DNA of 64,000 bases from Gemmatimonadota bacterium (GTDB lineage: Bacteria; Gemmatimonadota; Gemmatimonadetes; Gemmatimonadales; GWC2-71-9): the NCBI GenBank assembly GCA_041482275.1, contig JBGPDL010000004.1:9862-73861 (forward strand), in the 5' to 3' direction. The notes under the pieces were generated by a model that was given only the letters and a program-made list of their open reading frames with translations, did no database searches and was not told where the DNA came from. This document shows positions 62,013 to 64,000 of the stretch, in pieces. The position numbers and the translations under genes were made by a program. Each line of letters begins with the position of its first letter. Positions within the stretch are counted from its first letter, which is position 1.

Positions 62013-62506
62013 GCGTCACCCATGCGGATCGCGAGGTGGCGCCCGAAGAGCCAGAGCACGACCACACCCGCCACGGCGGTCGTCAGGCTCTGGATCGGCG
62101 ACCACACGAGCAGCTCCCAGCCCAGCATCCCGCCCTTGAGCTTTCCGGACGCGAGGGCCACAGCGACGTTGCGGCACCAGGTCCCGGCAAAGAAGAGACA
62201 GCCGTTCACGAACAGGTTCTCCGCGAAGAAGACCGCCTTGCTCCAGGAGGAGAGATACCCCACGAGGGTGTGGGCGAGCGCACCGGCTCCGAATGACGCC
62301 GGCGTCAAGGCATCCCGCACCAGGCCCACCACAAAGCCCGCCGCCGCACTCGGCCCGGGGCGGGCGCGGATCGTGTAGATCAACAACGCGAGCAGCAGGA
62401 AATCGGGTGCGACGCGATCCCCTCCCAGCCACCCCCGGGCGGAGAACTGCAGCACCACGAGCACGGCAAGGATCACGTAGAACCGGTACTTGTCGCTCCG
62501 CCTCAT
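62009..62506 (-). CDS. mreD: rod shape-determining protein MreD
   Basis: 165 aa, polytopic membrane protein positioned between mreC and mrdA. Confidence 0.8.
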   Translation of the reverse strand: MRRSDKYRFYVILAVLVVLQFSARGWLGGDRVAPDFLLLALLIYTIRARPGPSAAAGFVVGLVRDALTPASFGAGALAHTLVGYLSSWSKAVFFAENLFVNGCLFFAGTWCRNVAVALASGKLKGGMLGWELLVWSPIQSLTTAVAGVVVLWLFGRHLAIRMGDA

Positions 62507-63354
62507 GGCGTCTCGGCGCTCGATTCGAACACCGACCGCAGGTCCCCCCGCACGGGCGCCGCGGTGAGGATCATGACGTGGGTCACGGCGGCCGGGTGCA
62601 CGGCGGGGCGCACCAGATATGTCCGTTCCCAGCCTTCCGCCTCTGCCGCGACGCCCACCACGGTGCCGATCGGAATGCCGCGCGGCAGGACCCCGCCCAG
62701 CCCCGACGTGAGAATCTGCGTGCCGTTGGACACAAGCTGCCGGTAGGCGACGCCCTCGAGCTGCAGCAACCAGACGCGCGGGCCCTCACTCCCGCGCGGC
62801 GCGACGATCCCGTACACGCTCCCGTCCGCGGCCATGGCGCTGGCCCGAAACTCGGGGTGCGCCCACGTCACCACGACGCTGGTGTGCGCATCCACCGTGC
62901 TCACGATGCCCACCAGCCCCTCGGGACTCACGACGGCGGACAGCGGCTTCACCCCCTGCTTCTTGCCGGCGGAAACGATGAACGTGAGGGGGCTCGTCGG
63001 CTCCGACGCCCGCAGCACTTCGGCGGGGACGTAGCCGCTACCGAGGCGCGTCCCCAGCCCGAGCAGCCCGCGGAGGCGGACGTTCTCGCCGCGCAGCTCC
63101 GGCAGGAACGTGGCGGCGAGCGCCGCCGAGTCGCGCTCTGCCACCACCGCGTCGTAGCGGGCCAGCGAAGCGGCCAAGAGCCCGATTTGCTGCTGCAGGG
63201 TCAACAGAGGAGCGAGGACTGTCTGGCGCAGGCCCCGCGCGAGCGGATCGCGGATCCGCTCGGGAAGGCTCATGGCGGCAACGGAGAGCAGGACGCAGCC
63301 GAGGAAGGCGAGGGTGTCGCCCCGCGAGGCGTAGCGGTCTGCTCCGAGCGCCAT
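62503..63354 (-). CDS. mreC: rod shape-determining protein MreC
   Basis: 283 aa. N-terminal TM helix plus coiled-coil (ENVRLRGLL), then beta-rich domains VVSPEGLVGIV and GGVLPRGIPIGTV. Confidence 0.85.
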   Translation of the reverse strand: MALGADRYASRGDTLAFLGCVLLSVAAMSLPERIRDPLARGLRQTVLAPLLTLQQQIGLLAASLARYDAVVAERDSAALAATFLPELRGENVRLRGLLGLGTRLGSGYVPAEVLRASEPTSPLTFIVSAGKKQGVKPLSAVVSPEGLVGIVSTVDAHTSVVVTWAHPEFRASAMAADGSVYGIVAPRGSEGPRVWLLQLEGVAYRQLVSNGTQILTSGLGGVLPRGIPIGTVVGVAAEAEGWERTYLVRPAVHPAAVTHVMILTAAPVRGDLRSVFESSAETP

Positions 63355-63357
63355 CGC

Positions 63358-64000
63358 CTAGGTGGTCAGGACGTTGCGGTATTTCTCCGGATCGTCGAGG
63401 ATCCGTCCCGTCCCCCGCACGACGCAGGTCATCGGGTCCTCGTCGAGGTGGATCGGCAGGCCCGTCTCCTGCTGCAGCAGCACATCGAGGCCGCGGATCA
63501 GCGCGCCCCCGCCGGTCATGACGATCCCCCGATCCACGATGTCCGACGCGAGCTCGGGTGGCGTGATCTCGAGCGCCCGCCGCACCGCGTCCACGATCTG
63601 TTGGATCGGCTCCTGCACCGCTTCCCGGATCTCGCTCGAATGCACCCGGACGATCTTGGGAATGCCCGAAACGAGGTCGCGGCCTTTGACCTCCATCTCG
63701 CGCTCTTCCCCCACGGGCGCGGCGGAGCCGATCTGGATCTTGATCTGCTCGGCGGTCGGCTCACCGATGAGGAGGTTGTAGTTCTTGCGCATGAACTGCA
63801 CGATGGCCTGGTCCAGCTCGTCGCCGCCCGTCCGGATCGAGGTGTCGGAGACGATCCCCGACAGCGCGATCACGGCGATCTCGGTGGTGCCCCCGCCGAT
63901 GTCGATCACCATGTTCCCCGTCGGCGTCTCGACCGGGAGCCCCACGCCGATGGCGGCGGCCATCGGCTCGGCCACCATGTAGACCTCTTTCGCGCCGGCC
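63358..64000 (-). CDS. mreB: actin-like MreB; N-terminal part lies beyond the window end
   Basis: EPMAAAIGVGLP, DIGGGTTEIAVI and GIVMTGGGALIRGLD. The frame continues open to position 64000. Confidence 0.95.
   Translation of the reverse strand, partial: AGAKEVYMVAEPMAAAIGVGLPVETPTGNMVIDIGGGTTEIAVIALSGIVSDTSIRTGGDELDQAIVQFMRKNYNLLIGEPTAEQIKIQIGSAAPVGEEREMEVKGRDLVSGIPKIVRVHSSEIREAVQEPIQQIVDAVRRALEITPPELASDIVDRGIVMTGGGALIRGLDVLLQQETGLPIHLDEDPMTCVVRGTGRILDDPEKYRNVLTT

Noticed and set aside
53896-62378. Very long antisense ORFs: 53896..55683 (+, 595 aa), 57959..58867 (+), 60213..62378 (+, 721 aa)
   Set aside because: They are antisense to well-supported proS, accD, mrdA and mreD genes. Stop-codon depletion in GC-rich antisense frames is expected, and they show no recognisable domains.

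Overview
GC-rich bacterial chromosomal window that is almost entirely coding: about 58 protein genes and one tmRNA. Genes sit in long same-strand arrays whose junctions mostly overlap by 1-8 nt (ATGA, GTGA, TGATG). I saw no transposase, integrase, CRISPR, rRNA or tRNA.

Gene content, left to right:
- Minus strand, 1-16491: S8 peptidase lipoprotein (runs off the left edge, so it is missing from the ORF track), MccB-like carboxyltransferase, a split B12 acyl-CoA mutase with MeaB and an eRF1-like gene wedged between its two halves, two tandem CNNM/CorC genes, ybeY, a 7TM-HD (PgpH-like) gene, phoH, aspS and ptsN.
- rlmN (+).
- Minus strand, 17572-29914: LytR_C lipoprotein, YqeK-like HD protein, panC, DUF711, panB, folK, an 8TM-GAF-MCP chemoreceptor, trpA, HD-GYP, HEAT-repeat protein, trpB and trpC.
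- lexA (+), divergent from trpC, then trpD (-).
- Plus strand, 31730-45162: truA, tal, purB, purC, psd, pssA, purS, purQ, a lipoprotein, a Zn-ribbon protein, purL, purF and ppdK.
- Yip1 (-), tmRNA (-), and a DUF4956/MgtC-like gene (+).
- Minus strand: GGDEF cyclase, larB and dusB. A second ptsN-like gene lies on the plus strand.
- Minus strand to the right edge: guaA, lysA, proS, hisS, folC, accD, rodA, mrdA, mreD, mreC and mreB (partial).

Most content is housekeeping. The items most worth follow-up are:
1. The eRF1/Pelota-like protein translationally coupled inside the mutase operon.
2. The mutase carries a Tyr/Gln substrate signature that fits neither canonical MCM nor ICM, and it sits next to an MccB-like carboxyltransferase.
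3. trpB and trpA are separated by a HEAT-repeat protein and an HD-GYP protein that share an N-terminal domain, followed by a coupled GAF chemoreceptor.
4. Three junctions have an in-frame CTG overlapping the upstream TGA (CTGA) where no suitable canonical start exists. The clearest is folC, whose conserved N-terminus lies upstream of its first ATG/GTG/TTG.
5. A DUF711 gene is embedded in the pantothenate operon.

All family calls come from reading motifs by eye; no database search was run.
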